From Veleropilina oligotropha (taxonomy: Eukaryota): DNA of 64,000 nt. Each line of letters starts with the position of its first letter. Positions within the stretch are counted from its first letter, which is position 1. Shown piece after piece: positions 12,814 through 25,953 of the stretch. Location: positions 124,001 through 188,000 of the forward strand of contig JBEUKZ010000130.1 of assembly GCA_048128005.1 (NCBI GenBank), in the 5' to 3' direction. The notes beneath the pieces are model-generated. The model saw only the letters and a program-made list of their open reading frames with translations. It did not search any database and had not been told where the DNA came from. Made by a program: the position numbers and the translations under genes.

Positions 12814-14231
12814 CTGCAATAGTCCAAAGGACATTTAACTAAATGACAAAGCAATACCTAATATTTATTTAAAAAATGTTAATATATTAAAACAAGAGGC
12901 CTTTCGACCTATATAGCTCCGCTGGAAAAGGTTCATCAATATAGTCAAACAACTTGATAAATTCCTTCCCCATGTAATAGCATACCAATAGGCAGGCTAA
13001 CAGTCTTGACAAAGTCCAAATTCCGAATTTTAGCGAAACTGGCACCTACTTTTTGTAATATACACAGGGTAAATTAAAAACATATCGGAGATATTCATAT
13101 TTGAAGTTAAAACTTGTTGCAGAAGTGGATTTTCTAAGTCCACAAAGGTGAATTTCAGAAAAATGGTGACGTAGAATTTGCAAATAATTTCAGGATATGT
13201 TAAGAACATCATAAGGAAGGCTCATGCCAAAGTACACTGTATCAGTAAAGCTCTGCTGACTACGTCACAGTGGAGCTAAACTCACAACCTCTCATGCCTA
13301 TAGATGACATTCATTATTGTAGGTATTTTAAATTACTTTTAGGACTTGTTTAAACTGAAAATTTCTATCGTTTCGATATTTATTGAATGGCCTTTGTCAC
13401 GTGATGTGATCACTCTTGCTTAGCTATTAATGTCATCTGCTGGAGGTCATAAATGAACAGAGACCAGGGATACCAGCTGCCTGCCATCTACTGCTGGGTG
13501 CTCAACACTGCCACCACAGCAGTGATACTAGAGGATCATGAACGCTCTATTCTACAATGACATTCATTATGTATTCATGTCAGGAATAAATTTCGGGTAC
13601 GTTGTCCCCATTTCACAAACGGTCTGTCTATCGCATAGAGACATTAAACCGCAGTCATGACTGAAAAATTGTTAACATAAAACAAATTATATGTGGGACT
13701 AATCCCTGGGTAAACTTCAGGAAGAATTGTTTCCTCGACCGGGAACATTAACAATTCCAACTTTTCTTTGGACCATTTCTTACACCTCTTCATGAAGATT
13801 ACCTTGATCCTGTCCGATACCAGAATTAAGGGTTTGATCAGAGACATAAAAAAGTTGTTTTTTACGTCTTTGGTTTGATGGAGTTCTTTGGAATAACCGT
13901 ATTGGGAATAACGCTAGAACTCTCGTCAGAATGACCTGTTCTCGACGACAAAAGGGGGAAGCACTGACCTCGATGCTCATGTATATGCAGATTAGGATTA
14001 GGCATATATCCAACGGCATTGGGATCAGTGCTAGTTCAGCACGATTCGCTACCATTACAATAAATTTCATGTAGTCTTACATGAAGGACTTCCCACAAAA
14101 GGACAGTGTAATGATAGAAAACATTAAATTTCACTTTCGCATTAAAGTCCCACGGAGCAGTGGTAACAGGAATGATGCCAGCTTTATGAATATATATCCA
14201 ATATTATTTACTATGATCATAATATATTTAC

Positions 14232-14459
14232 CTCGATAGAACTTCAGCTGCCTAGCCCCACACACTTCCATTGGCCCGCCTTTGTCAAATTCAATGAAAT
14301 CACAGCCAAAGTAGCCTCCTGCGCATAGTCCCAGATATCTCCCACCACCATGGACGTAATCAAGGATGGTTTTTGTTCCGTCAACACCAAGAGCATTAAT
14401 GAAGCCCAAATCGTATCCGCCTCCAATCGCCAACAGAGATGTGTTTGTCACCCATTTTT
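14232..14459 (-). CDS. BPL_N protein, coding exon 3
   Basis: gatag|AA AAA TGG ... CGA G|gtaaat. Encodes LLAIGGGYDLGF...YVHGGGRYLGLCAGGYFGC (nucleophile-elbow Cys motif of BPL_N). Confidence 0.88.
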
Positions 14460-15259
14460 CTATCACAGAAAATTAAAAGTGTAAATTGACCAATCAGAAA
14501 TGCAGATACAAATTTAATCACAACATCCATGTTATTGTAGCTATCAAAACAGAAAATTGCTTGTCTGTGAACAATTTTCTATATGAATTGCATCACTTGC
14601 TGATCCTGGGCGTAATGATACCATCCTTTTTGAAATTCAGAAATGCATGATGTGTTTGATTGCATTGTTTCTTTAATTATCGCATTTACCCTCTCAAAGT
14701 GAAGGAGAGGGGGGTTTCACATCGTTAATTGTCAAAATTTTCCGTAGTTGATAGTATATTCCAATGGTTGGAATCACAAAATTGGCGTTGTGATAAAAAT
14801 GATAAATTGGCTTATACAAAGTGATGAAAATGGTTCATAAATGTTGGCAAGAAAAACATAAATGTTGGTATGAGATATTGCATTTGCACTCTCATAATGC
14901 AGGTGAGGAGGATTCACACTGCTCATCGTCAAAATGTTCATTCCAGCTCCCAAAAGGACCGTTGATAGTGTATTTTCAAAGTTGGACCCTCCTTTCCCAA
15001 AATCCTGGATCTTCCCTGTGCATGGTAATGTAACACATATCTTTATTCGTGGGACGAAATGAACTTCCCAAAGAATTAGTAGCAACAACAACAAAATTAA
15101 TATATATACCTACCCCCCAATTTTCTGGGAGACTCCCAATCTAATGGTGGGTCACTCGACTTGCTTGACGACTCCTATCTTTCTTTCATATACCGGTCTA
15201 TCGTATGTAAATTGCTTTCTAAAACATGTCTTTTCAAGTGGCTGTTTCACAACGTAAAA

Positions 15260-16580
15260 AATAGACAGCCGCCCGGCTATCAGGAACCCCAGCATATATA
15301 GCAATCAGACTGCCATATAAAATCTGTGATCTTGACCTTGCCAGTAGCCCTTGGCTAAACACTGTGCTAACTGTCCATCATGAAGAAGTTCGGATGAAAA
15401 AATAATTTAAAAGAAAAAATTGTGAGTATATTTAGACCTCTGTGACCTTGACCTTTGACCAAAGGCCATTACCGGCCCGGACAAAATTTAACGGTCAAAG
15501 GTCATTGCCGCAATGTCAAAGGTCATTCACATGAAATTTCGCCATCATGGACTAGCGTATGATAGGGTAGTTAGCATACCATATGAAATCAAGGTACCAT
15601 GTTTGGTAGCCGAGATATATACCGGACAACATTGCAAAATGCGAATATATTTTGACCTCTGTTACCTTGACCTGACGAAAGGCCATTTTTCGTATTTGTT
15701 ATATGATGTACTAACCTTAAAGGAATAGTTTGGCCCCGAAAAATAAAATAATTACGAAAAATTAAAGAAATCTAAATATAGAAAATTTGTGAAGGTCACT
15801 ACGCAGAGGTCAAAGGTCAAATGATCAAAATTTTACTTCCATGCACAGGTTTGAAGTATAGGCAACACATCTAAGAAAAAAATAGAAGGCTAACATGTTT
15901 GGTCTCCGATAACCGGCCCGGACAAAATTTAAGGGTCAAAGGTCATTGCCGCAAGGTCAAAGGTCATTCACGTGAAATTTCGCCACCATGCACTAGCGTA
16001 TGACAAGGGTATAGTTAGCATACCACATGAAATCAAGGTAACATGTTTGGTAGCCGAGATATAGGCCGGACAACATTGAAAATTGTGAGTATATTTTGAC
16101 CTCTGTGACCTTGACCTTTGACCAAAGGCCATTTTTCGTATTTGTTATATGATGTACTAACCCTAAAGGAATAGTTTGGCCCCGAAAAAAAAAAAAATTA
16201 CGAAAAATAAAAAAAATCTAAATATAGAAAATTTGTGAAGGTCACTACGCAGAGGTCAAAGGATAAAAATTTTACTGCCATGCACAGGTTTGAAGTATAG
16301 GGAACACATCTAAAAAAAAATTAGAAGGCTAACATGTTTGGTCTCCGAGAACCGGCCCGGACAAAATTTAAGGGTCAAAGGTCATTGCCACAAGGTCAAA
16401 GGTCATTCACGTGAAATTTCGCCACCATGCACTAGCGTATGACAAGGGTAGTTAGCATACCACATGAAATCAAGGTAACATGTTTGGTAGCCGAGATACA
16501 GGCTGGACAACATGAGCCGCCCGTCCGCCCGCCTCGGGCGATGACAATAACCCCAGCTTTTTTTAAGCTGGGGTTAAAAA
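15260..16580. mobile_element. Helentron/HINE-like element with ~450-bp internal duplications, in BPL_N intron 2
   Basis: tgaccttgacctttgacc / aaggtcaaaggtca repeats, a cgcccgtccgcccg microsatellite and a terminal hairpin aaccccagctt..aagctggggtt. Confidence 0.65.
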
Positions 16581-16832
16581 TAGCAAATATGTCTTTGTGT
16601 AGGCCCCAACCCTATGCGGATAGCTGCCTCCACAATATGCCATCTCAGGATGATAACACTGAGCTAGGTATGATAAAGCCAGAAATTAATGCACCATTTC
16701 ATAATATGCTTACGTTATTAGCTCGCTTGGTTTTGCTCACTGTTTCATAGTCATCTACATCGGTGGTTCACGATTTATGCATGGTCTTATTCCTGTCGAC
16801 CGTTTCAGTCTCGGACGTTGGTAAGCTCTTAC

Positions 16833-16987
16833 CTGTTTTTATTTCCTCGGGTGTGATGAAGCTCACATGATACGTCTTCGGGCAAACATGTTCCTTCAGC
16901 GACGACATCAAACGGTGCTTGCTCTTCTCTCCCGCTCCCTCGCCATCGTAGACGTAAATGTTTGCCATAGATTTCATCAAGTGTGAT
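16833..16987 (-). CDS. BPL_N protein, coding exon 2
   Basis: cccccag|A TCA CAC TTG ATG...; encodes SHLMKSMANIYVYDGEGAG...ITPEEIKT. Donor ACAG|gtaaga. NIYVYDGEGAG matches the start of BPL_N domains. Confidence 0.85.
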
Positions 16988-17139
16988 CTGGGGGATATAT
17001 AATATCATACAATGCACTGAATTATGTGTTACATGGAAGAGGAGGGCATTGAATAATATTGGGCCGTCAAGCATCATTGACAGGACTAAAGTTTAATATT
17101 TATCAAATAAATCATGAATACTTCTTTAAAATAATATAC

Positions 17140-17177
17140 CTTAACTCGAGCAAGAGCGCCCGCAATCTGACAGCCAT
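17140..17177 (-). CDS. BPL_N protein, putative coding exon 1 (MAVRLRALLLELR)
   Basis: ATG at 17177, donor AAG|gtatat. Phase 2 joins exon 2 in frame (AG+A = Arg). Predicted protein about 304 aa. Confidence 0.6.
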
Positions 17178-17392
17178 GTCAATGGAGAGCTCTATGATAT
17201 AGTGGAAACCGCAAAAGACAAGTAAAAAATTTTCCTAACGAGATTGCAAACCTTTGCCCCGATGGCAATGCACAATTTAATAAAAATATATCTGTTAACT
17301 GAGTCTGTTTGCTGGAACTGAGCATTAAAGGTAATTAAATATCTATATGTTCATGAAAACAACACTGCATGCAAAACAAATACTAGTAATAT

Positions 17393-17772
17393 AACAAATA
17401 TCCTCGCCTTCTCCTTGGAAGGCGAGGGTAACTAGATATGACTTGACTCGGTTAGGCCTACTGACTGCAGAGCGAGGTCAGGGAAAATGACCCCTACTTG
17501 TCAAACTCTGGCAGCTATGTAAACACATACAGATAAGCAACACAGAAATAAATTTTAAGTTTTAAAAATTACAAAATTGCATCATAAAATCCGGATCTGC
17601 TTTCCGATTCGGATCATCTTTGAGGTGGACCGAGCGTAGGTGGACCCTATCTCGTGTGCAAAAACTGAGTCGATCGGAGCAACGGTCGTCGAGATATGCT
17701 CGCTGACAGACAGACACACAGACCCGATTGCAATACCTCTCCCGGCCACCACTACGCGGGCGAAGGTAATAA
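17393..17772. mobile_element. Helentron/HINE-like short element just upstream of the BPL_N start
   Basis: Terminal hairpin cctcgccttc..gaaggcgagg, a (GACA)n microsatellite and a second terminal hairpin before taataa. Confidence 0.5.
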
Positions 17773-18952
17773 CAATATAATTTCACTTTGAAAAGTCATT
17801 TCATCAACAGACAAGCAAGAACGAACTATAAAACACATGTCTGTGGATTTTTATTGGGAACAAGATGGCGGCAACCGGAAGTCTCTACGACAAATAGTTT
17901 TTACACTAGAGCTAAAAAACTATTATCGGAAATTATGTCATACCATCTGAATCCACTTCCGGAAAATTACCAAAAACTAATCATCTCCACATATTACAAA
18001 AATTGTGACTGCTAGAGTGTTCACAAACAAACACACAGAGGAAGCAGACCAACATACTTGAATGATGAAGACTTTTTGTTAAGTAATAAGCAAAATATCT
18101 TAAATTTTTTATCAATGATATCATATATTTTTTTTAAATGCCAGAGATCTCACGGCTGACCGTCTGTTTTGTCAATCTGCAGTCCTATGGCTCTCTGGAA
18201 CGTTTTATGGTGTGCGTATGACTGACATGTCTAATAAATAGATATAAATGACATGTCATCAGTCAAAGATGAGAATCACGCAATTTATTTTTATGACCAC
18301 ATTTTGACATATTTCAATTGTGTCTGCAGTTAGAACTTCTGTTTAACGTTTTCTTTCGAAGGACATGCATAACAGAGTTTTAAGCCAGGCTTAAATTTAA
18401 GCATTTTATTTAGCCACGCTGGTGCTGCTCCCCCCCCCCCCCCCACTAATGAAAATCGTTGATCTAACTGTTAAATCCATGGGGACTAGCAACAGGTGAA
18501 CCTCGGTCAGTGCAGGCTCTCGGGGCTGTCCGGTGTATATACATTTGTAAAGCCAATACAACTACGTACCCATCACGTGTATCTTATCGCAAGCCGATTT
18601 TCAATAGTGGGGGGGGGGGGGGGGGGATAACAAGGAAGTACCGAATCTAACCCGCATATTACCATATATGACATGCATCGTTTCTTCTTCAGTCTGTTGT
18701 GATTTAATAAGGGGGGAAATCTATCGTAAAATATCAAAAAATTAAATTACCTACCGGTATAGCCCTACTACTTTCCCGAACTTTTATGATCATGTAACAG
18801 GAACAAAATGATTATTTGTTGGGCCTTATTCAAATTCTCAACATAACCTTCCTGCGTTTCCAAAATGTGTAAATAATATCTCGTCACATGTTGCATGTAA
18901 CTGTAAGCGAAAACACAAATACACGTGAGCGCACGATATACTATATTAAGTA

Positions 18953-20091
18953 CAGGGGCGTCGCGACCGGGGGGGTATTTACCCCCCTAAAATTCTGGAA
19001 TCAAGTGCCCGCCTTGTATAAGCTTAATGTTAACGTCATTACACTATACGGACTTCATCGAAGACAAAATTAGCAACATACCTTAAATATGTTAAAGTAT
19101 TTTGTTCTTAAATACCAGGAAAATGCATCTGAGGCACTTAAATTATCAAATTTTCCTGGGGGAGGTCCCCCATACCCCTCGGCGCTCGCATTACTGGCTC
19201 AGGCAATATGCATACTATAGTACTTGCCAACCCTACCGACTCACGCGGTAGATTACCGATTGTATAAGACTACTACCGACTACCGTTTTAAATAGATACG
19301 CATACCGATTCAAGATTTTAATAGCGAGCACGCAGTGCATGCGAACGGTAATGTTTGCCTATACGGTAGTACACGGGAAAGATTATTTCGTTTGACAATT
19401 AGCGCAGTTCATTGTTACTATATAATATGGACAAGGGAGGACACTAAGGAAAGCGTGTTCTGCACTTGACTCGATAGAACGACGAATACATTTCAAATGA
19501 CGCCTATTTAGCACTCAGCGCTGACACATATCGATAACTAGGTTGTTCAACAAACAATATATTGAAAAATTAACATACATTAATGATTTGTGGCATTGGC
19601 TAGACAATTACTGCAGTTGAACAATTTCTTTCGTTATCTTATCAGCGATTCCCCCCCCCCCCCCCCCCCCCAGAACACTTGTAAACAATGTCCGTAATAT
19701 AGTGTCTGTAAAAAATAGTATTGAACAAACGAAGTACCCAACGTAGTCAATTTATTTTCCAGAATTCAGGATAATATTATCGAATATTTATTTTAACATG
19801 TTTGTAATAATTTCGGCTCTCCAAACATGAAATTTTGAGGCAAAACAAAATGTCAATTTTTGTCCTAGAATGCAGGAGAACGCTTCTTAGAGCTTCTAAA
19901 TTTAAAAAATCTTGGGGTGCATGCCCCCAAACCCCCCTAGATATTCGCGGCCTACGGCCGCTCAATCTTCGCGGCCTTCGGCCGCTCACGTGGCTACCTA
20001 TTTATTGCCATAAAAGGTTGGGAAGTATGCAATATGAGGTGCCCTTGGTTAATGATACCCCCCTAACATCAAAATGGTTGCGACGCCCCTG
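18953..20091. mobile_element. MITE with CAGGGGCGTCGC TIRs and 5-bp TSD, carrying a nested MITE
   Basis: TIR caggggcgtcgcgacc / ggttgcgacgcccctg. AAGTA is duplicated at 18948-18952 and 20092-20096. Confidence 0.85.
19211..20029. mobile_element. Nested MITE with CATACT..GCCAACC termini and 7-bp TSD (P-element-like)
   Basis: CAATATG is duplicated at 19204-19210 and 20030-20036. Right terminus ggttgggaagtatg. Confidence 0.7.
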
Positions 20092-22484
20092 AAGTAAGGA
20101 CTAGACTTTGTGAGAGAATTGTCATTGATAATTACGTACATTTATGCATGAAATCTCGGACCATTTTACCATCATATTATATTTGACAACATATATGTAT
20201 TTTGATAAATATCCAGTCCATTAAGTCTTACACTGTGTCATACTGAACTATAATTGTTCCAAAAATACATGTAGCTTGCGATTGGAAAAAATTACTGCTT
20301 TCGTAAACAGGTGGAATTTGCATAGCTATTCCCACTATCTGCTTATTGCATAAGTTATCACTTTTTCTCTAAAATTAGAGTATGGTACATCTTAAAAGTA
20401 ATAATATAATTATTTTACCAATTTGGTGTTTTTATGTTTACGCAAATCATAATAAATTGTACAAAAATAAGGCTGTTTAGTGATGAAATATCTGCAAATG
20501 ACATGTTTTCACAGGGTATTACAATTGAGGGAATGTCAGAATTTGCTGTAAATAGGTGGCCTACATTCATATTTGATTTTTCCATTTATAAAACTGTCCC
20601 TTGGGGAGGGGGTTTCCATGTAAGGGAACAGCCACATGTGTCGGTATCTGTGGTTGGTCAATGAACATTAATTGCTAAGCCAATCATTTGTTATGTTCTT
20701 GAATGACAGACAGACATCTGCCAGTAATTGATTTTATGGTCATTTAATTGATTGAACTCTGCCAAAGGTAACCATTCCATAAAATGTACCGAAGACTTGG
20801 CTCTGCATTCATTGGTCAGTGCTCATCTAATTAACTCCATAAACACACAGATAGAATATTTTCTCATGAATGAGTTCCAAGGGTCTATCCCTAAACAAGG
20901 AATATATTTTCTTGTTAACAATGTGTAATATTGAAAAAGAACAAGTTTAAAATAAATAACCATTATTTCATTTATAATGTAAATAAAATATCCATTATAT
21001 TTAAAACAGAAAGTAAAAGGAGCATACTGCTGCAACTGGTTGAAGTGATATAAACTGATATTTAATATCTTTGTTTGGCTTGTCAAATTTTGATTAGGCT
21101 TCCAAAAAGATGGTGCATGTGGATACAATTTGATGACTGTTCAGTCATCATATTTACTATTACAGTTTATACTGATCCCATTTTGTGAATATTATCAGGG
21201 ATATTTCCATCATGATTATCGCAATTAATAATATGGAAAGGCGTAATGTAAAAGGCAGTAAGTTTAATTATCTAAAACCATTTAGGTGCTTTCGTTTTCT
21301 GTAAATTCAGACAAGAAAATTGTGTCGAGCAACAAGATTTGCCATGAAGGTCCATGGCAATGCTCAATTATTTGTAATTCCCACCATGCTGTTATAAATG
21401 TATGTTATTAAAAATACTACTTCGTAAGCTATTGCAACTTTGACAAAAAGTATGTTCGTGTTGCGCCATCAATACTCTTTTGCTTTCCGACATTTCAGTG
21501 CTTCAGCACTTTGATTTACTCTGCTGATATAATAGAGGAAAGTATATGACCATGCGTCATCTGCATGATACCTTCAAGCAGGTGTCTTCACCGAACTAGG
21601 TAAAGATGTTTGTAGTAAGATTACAAGAAATGGATAACAAGCGTGATCGGACCTTTTAAACCAGAGTTAAGTCCCTTATATGATGTAAAATAGACATACT
21701 GTGTCTGATCAATTATTCAAAAAATTTCATCCATTTACCAATCTTTGTAAGGATGTGTGCAACAATAAGCCATATCATAATGCGAAGTTCGAACTGCTAG
21801 AACCAGATTTATGGCCCTTGAATTCTGTACATTAACAGTGACTCGCCCCCCAATGATACTTCGAGCAATTTTTTAATGATGTATGTGACAATAAGCTAGA
21901 CCTCGACCAAGTTTGATAGCCAGTGTGATCGAACTATTAGTACCAGAGTAATTAACCTTGAATTACGTAAAATTGGCACATACATGCGATATCTCGATCA
22001 TCAAATCAAATCAAATTTATTTACCATAACAAATTATTACATCTTTTACATTAATCATCAATTACCCATACATACATATAATGTATACATAAATATATAT
22101 ATATAATTTACATTTTTACATTGATCATCTTTTATATATACATATGGGTCTATATACAAAATGTGTTATGGACGGATGTTTTGAGAAACCCTTTCGGGCT
22201 TGTGTGAGAAAACACCCGGTTGTGTTGCAAATGTATATATATATATGTATTTGCATTCAAATTTTAGATTTGGATTTATATTTATTTATAGAATATTTGA
22301 AAGAAAAAAATATTTATGATATCGGTGTATCTGGTGATTATAGTGTAGTATATGTTCCGACTCTAGTCGGGAGCTATACAATGAAAAAAAAAAAAAGATC
22401 GTATACATGTAGTTCTAGTAATGTTTTAGCATTTCCTGTTTAAATTGTTTTCTAAAATGTGAGACTGTTCGTGATTGTTGTATT

Positions 22485-25400
22485 TTAGAATTCAGAGAAT
22501 TCCATACTTGAGGACCGCGACATTTTATAGAAAACAGACGAGTGTTGGTTCGATATTATCTTTATTTCTGGTATTATAATTGGTATAATTGGTATTATAA
22601 TTGTGTATATCGGAATTTTTATGAAAGAACCTGGAAAATGAAACTGGTAACAGATTTTTATGAAATTTATACATGAATAGTCCAACTTGTAAATTATTTA
22701 TGTCGAATATGTTTAATTGGTTTTGCTTGATAAATAGAGGAGCAGTATGTTCTCTATAGGCCGAAGTTGTCACTATTCTAATTGCTCTTTTTTGGAGCAA
22801 GTGCAATCCCTTAAGGCGATATTTATATGTGCTGGCCCATACAATATTACAATAATCAAAGTAAGGAAGAATTAGTGTATTATACAATGTAGGTAAAATA
22901 TAAGATGGGAGTGTTTGTCGGATTTTGTATAATACGCCGATACTCTTGGCGACTTTGTTTTCTACGCTGTGTATGTGTTGCTTCCATGATAAATTGGTGT
23001 CAATAATAACACCCAAGAACTTGGTTTCGTTAACAATAGTGATTTTTGTTCCATCTATATGTATTTCAATATCTTTTAAATTGTGATGTTTTTTCTTACT
23101 ACAAAATAACATGAAATTGGTTTTTTGAATATTCAATGAAAGTCTATTGACTTTAAACCATATGCTAATATTAACTAGTTCATTATTTACGATTTCAACC
23201 ATTTTTTTTAAATCTGTATGCCTAAAAAATATATTTGTATCGTCTGCAAAGAGAATGAATTTGAGTAATTTTGATGTGTTTGCTAAGTCGTTAACATATA
23301 TGATGAAAAGCAATGGACCTAAAATGGATCCTTGGGGAACACCACATGTGATATTTTTCAAAGAAGATTTTTCGTGTTTACAGTAGACATATTGTTTGCG
23401 ATTTGATAAGTAATTTTGAATCAGCCTAAGCGGAACACCACGTACACCATAGTGATATAATTTCTGTATAAGTAATTCGTGATTAATCGTATCAAAGGCT
23501 TTTGATAAGTCAATAAATATACCTATTGTGTACTCCCCTTTGTCAATTGACTGGGATATATGATGGATTAAATCTACGAGCGCCATTGCTGTGGAGTGAT
23601 TTTGTCTGAAGCCAAATTGTTTTTTATATAAGATGTTGTTTGTATTGAAGTATTGTAATAATCTATTATAAATCACTCTTTCAAATATTTTTGAAAATAC
23701 AGGCAAAACTGAAATCGGTCTGTAATTGCAAAACTGAGAGGGGTCACCCTTTTTAAATATTGGAGTGACTTTGGCAATTTTTAATTGACTTGGAAAAACA
23801 CCAGAACATAAGGATTTATTTATAATTTCAGTTATTGGTACAAGGATTTTAGAAAACGTCTGTTTAATAACTGAGGGAGATATGTCATCCCATCCACTGC
23901 TTTTCCCTGTTTTAAAATTTGATATGATTCTTGATACCTCTTCTTGATTAACTGGTGTGAAATAAATGGAGTTATTAAAACTTCCAGACATATATTTTGA
24001 AATATTGGTGTCGACTTGGGTAATTTTATTGTCTAAATCAGGTCCTATGTTTACAAAATATTCATTGAAATTTTCTAATATGTGTTTTTCACCTTTGATT
24101 ATGGTGTCTTTGTATTTGAATTCTGTCGGTAAGGAATCAGTTGACATATTTTGTTTATTTATTACTGATTTAATTATTTTCCAGGTTTCTTTTAGATTTT
24201 CTTTAGCGTTTGTTAGGAGTTTCCCGAAGTAATGTTTTTTGGCAATCTGTAGCAGATGTTTTAATTTATTTTTGTAGGCTTTGTATTTATCATTTGAAGA
24301 TATGGTTTTCTTTTGAAGATATTCTTTGTATAAGTAATTTTTTCTTTTGCATGAATTTTTGAGGGCACTTGTTATCCAGGGTTTGCTGTTTATCTTGTCT
24401 ATTTTTATCTTTGACAAAGGAAAACATTTGTCATATAATTCTGTATACTTTTTAAAGAATTTATTGTACGAGGAATTCGCGTCATATTGCTGACAAACGT
24501 CATTCCAGTCAATTTCCGTTAGTTTGCTGTTAAAAATGTCTATATTTCTTTGGCACAAGTTTCTTTTATATTTGGGTTTAGCGGGTTTATTTTTTCTACT
24601 TTTAAGTTCGTTATTTGAAAGATTGGTAAATGATCGCTAACATCAGAATACAGAATACCAGCCTTAATATTCCTCATAAGAACGTTAGTAAAAATATTAT
24701 CTATAAGTGTGGCAGAGTGAGCAGTTATTCGTGTTGGTTTGTCTATTAGTGGATATAGCGAGAATGAAAACATGCTATTGAGATATTTTTTGGTGGCTAC
24801 ATGAGTGTTTGAATTTAATAAGTCTAGATTGAAGTCTCCAGTTATGTAACAGGTCTTGTTTTCTTTGTTTATTTTTGTCATGATAACATCTATATATTTT
24901 GTAAATACATCTATGTCATATCCTGGTGGTCTATATAATACTCCAAAAATAATGTTGTTACTGTTTTTCATATTTATCTCGATAAACAAAGATTCGAACA
25001 CAGTTTCATCGAAGTAACTGAGATCTTCCCTGCTTTTATAGGAGATATCTTCTTGTATGTATAGACCTACACCACCACCTTTCGAGTTTTGTCTTATTTC
25101 TCTGTAATTTTTTAATCCAAATAAATCTTCGTTATTTCTATTTAACCATGTTTCGGTTACAGCAATTATAGAGAAATTGTAATTCAACGAATGGATGTAG
25201 TTTGTGAGATTATTAAAGTTTTTGCTCAAACTTCGACAATTGAAATGTATTGTTGAAAAGCCGTCATTTATGTTATCTTGTCGAGTTATGTCATTAAACT
25301 GATCTTCGACGAGATATTTACATGACGTATTGATGGCAGTATTATAAAAATTGTTATCCGGGTCTAGATCTTCATTATTTGTAGTGGATTTGTTGGCATT

Positions 25401-25712
25401 AATATCAAAAGGATTAAATATCAATTGTTTTAATTGATCAATATTAACATTATCCGGGATTTGTGTGTAGTTAGCCATAATTTGAAATTCGTCGTCATCG
25501 ATAATATTGTTGAAAGGAAATATATCTATTGAACATGATATACAAAACCATTCAGAATTGGAAACTTGTATATGTTGATAATCTGCTACTGATAGATTTG
25601 TACAAGATAAATGAGTGTTCTGTTTACATATTTTACAGAATAGACTTCGATCATTGCGTTTAACATTTTTGAAACAGGAAGAACATAATATAGGATACAC
25701 AATATCGTTCAT
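22485..25712 (-). pseudogene. LINE ORF2: PHD finger, apurinic endonuclease and reverse transcriptase, frameshifted at ~24550 and ~22545
   Basis: C..C...C..C...H..C...WFC..C (PHD); NCRSL, VTETWL, GDFN, TLIDNIF, SDHLPI (APE); NYRPISVL, QFGFR, DLSKAFD, GVPQGSILGP, FADDT (RT). Confidence 0.93.
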
Positions 25713-25953
25713 AACAAACTGGAAAAAGTGAGAAAAGTAACAATAAAATTGATAAATACAGTAGATTTAGTAAGGTTTCACAGAAAAACAATAAATATAG
25801 GGGAATTTGTAATACAAACATGAATGGAAAGTCAGTTGTTCTTTATGCTACAGTAAACATTTAGTTAGTTATTTAGTTAGTTATTGTTTATGCTATTTAA
25901 ATAAGTTGGCAAAAGTTAGGAAACTATGATGTGTAATAATTACATGTGTATGT

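Noticed and set aside
13644..14070. Short ORFs in BPL_N intron 3 as an extra exon
   Set aside because: Exons 3 and 4 already join in phase with continuous BPL_N sequence (LKFYRGKCVGP), and no recognisable motif was found.
17861..17882. YY1 + ETS promoter motif (caagatggcggcaaccggaagt) upstream of BPL_N
   Set aside because: It lies in sequence with the microsatellite-plus-hairpin layout of a HINE-like repeat, and similar aaaatggc motifs are common in those repeats. It cannot be supported as a promoter.
24540..24560. Programmed frameshift between the endonuclease and RT ORFs
   Set aside because: In this LINE group APE and RT form one ORF, and the copy has other lesions. A mutation or sequencing error is the simpler explanation.
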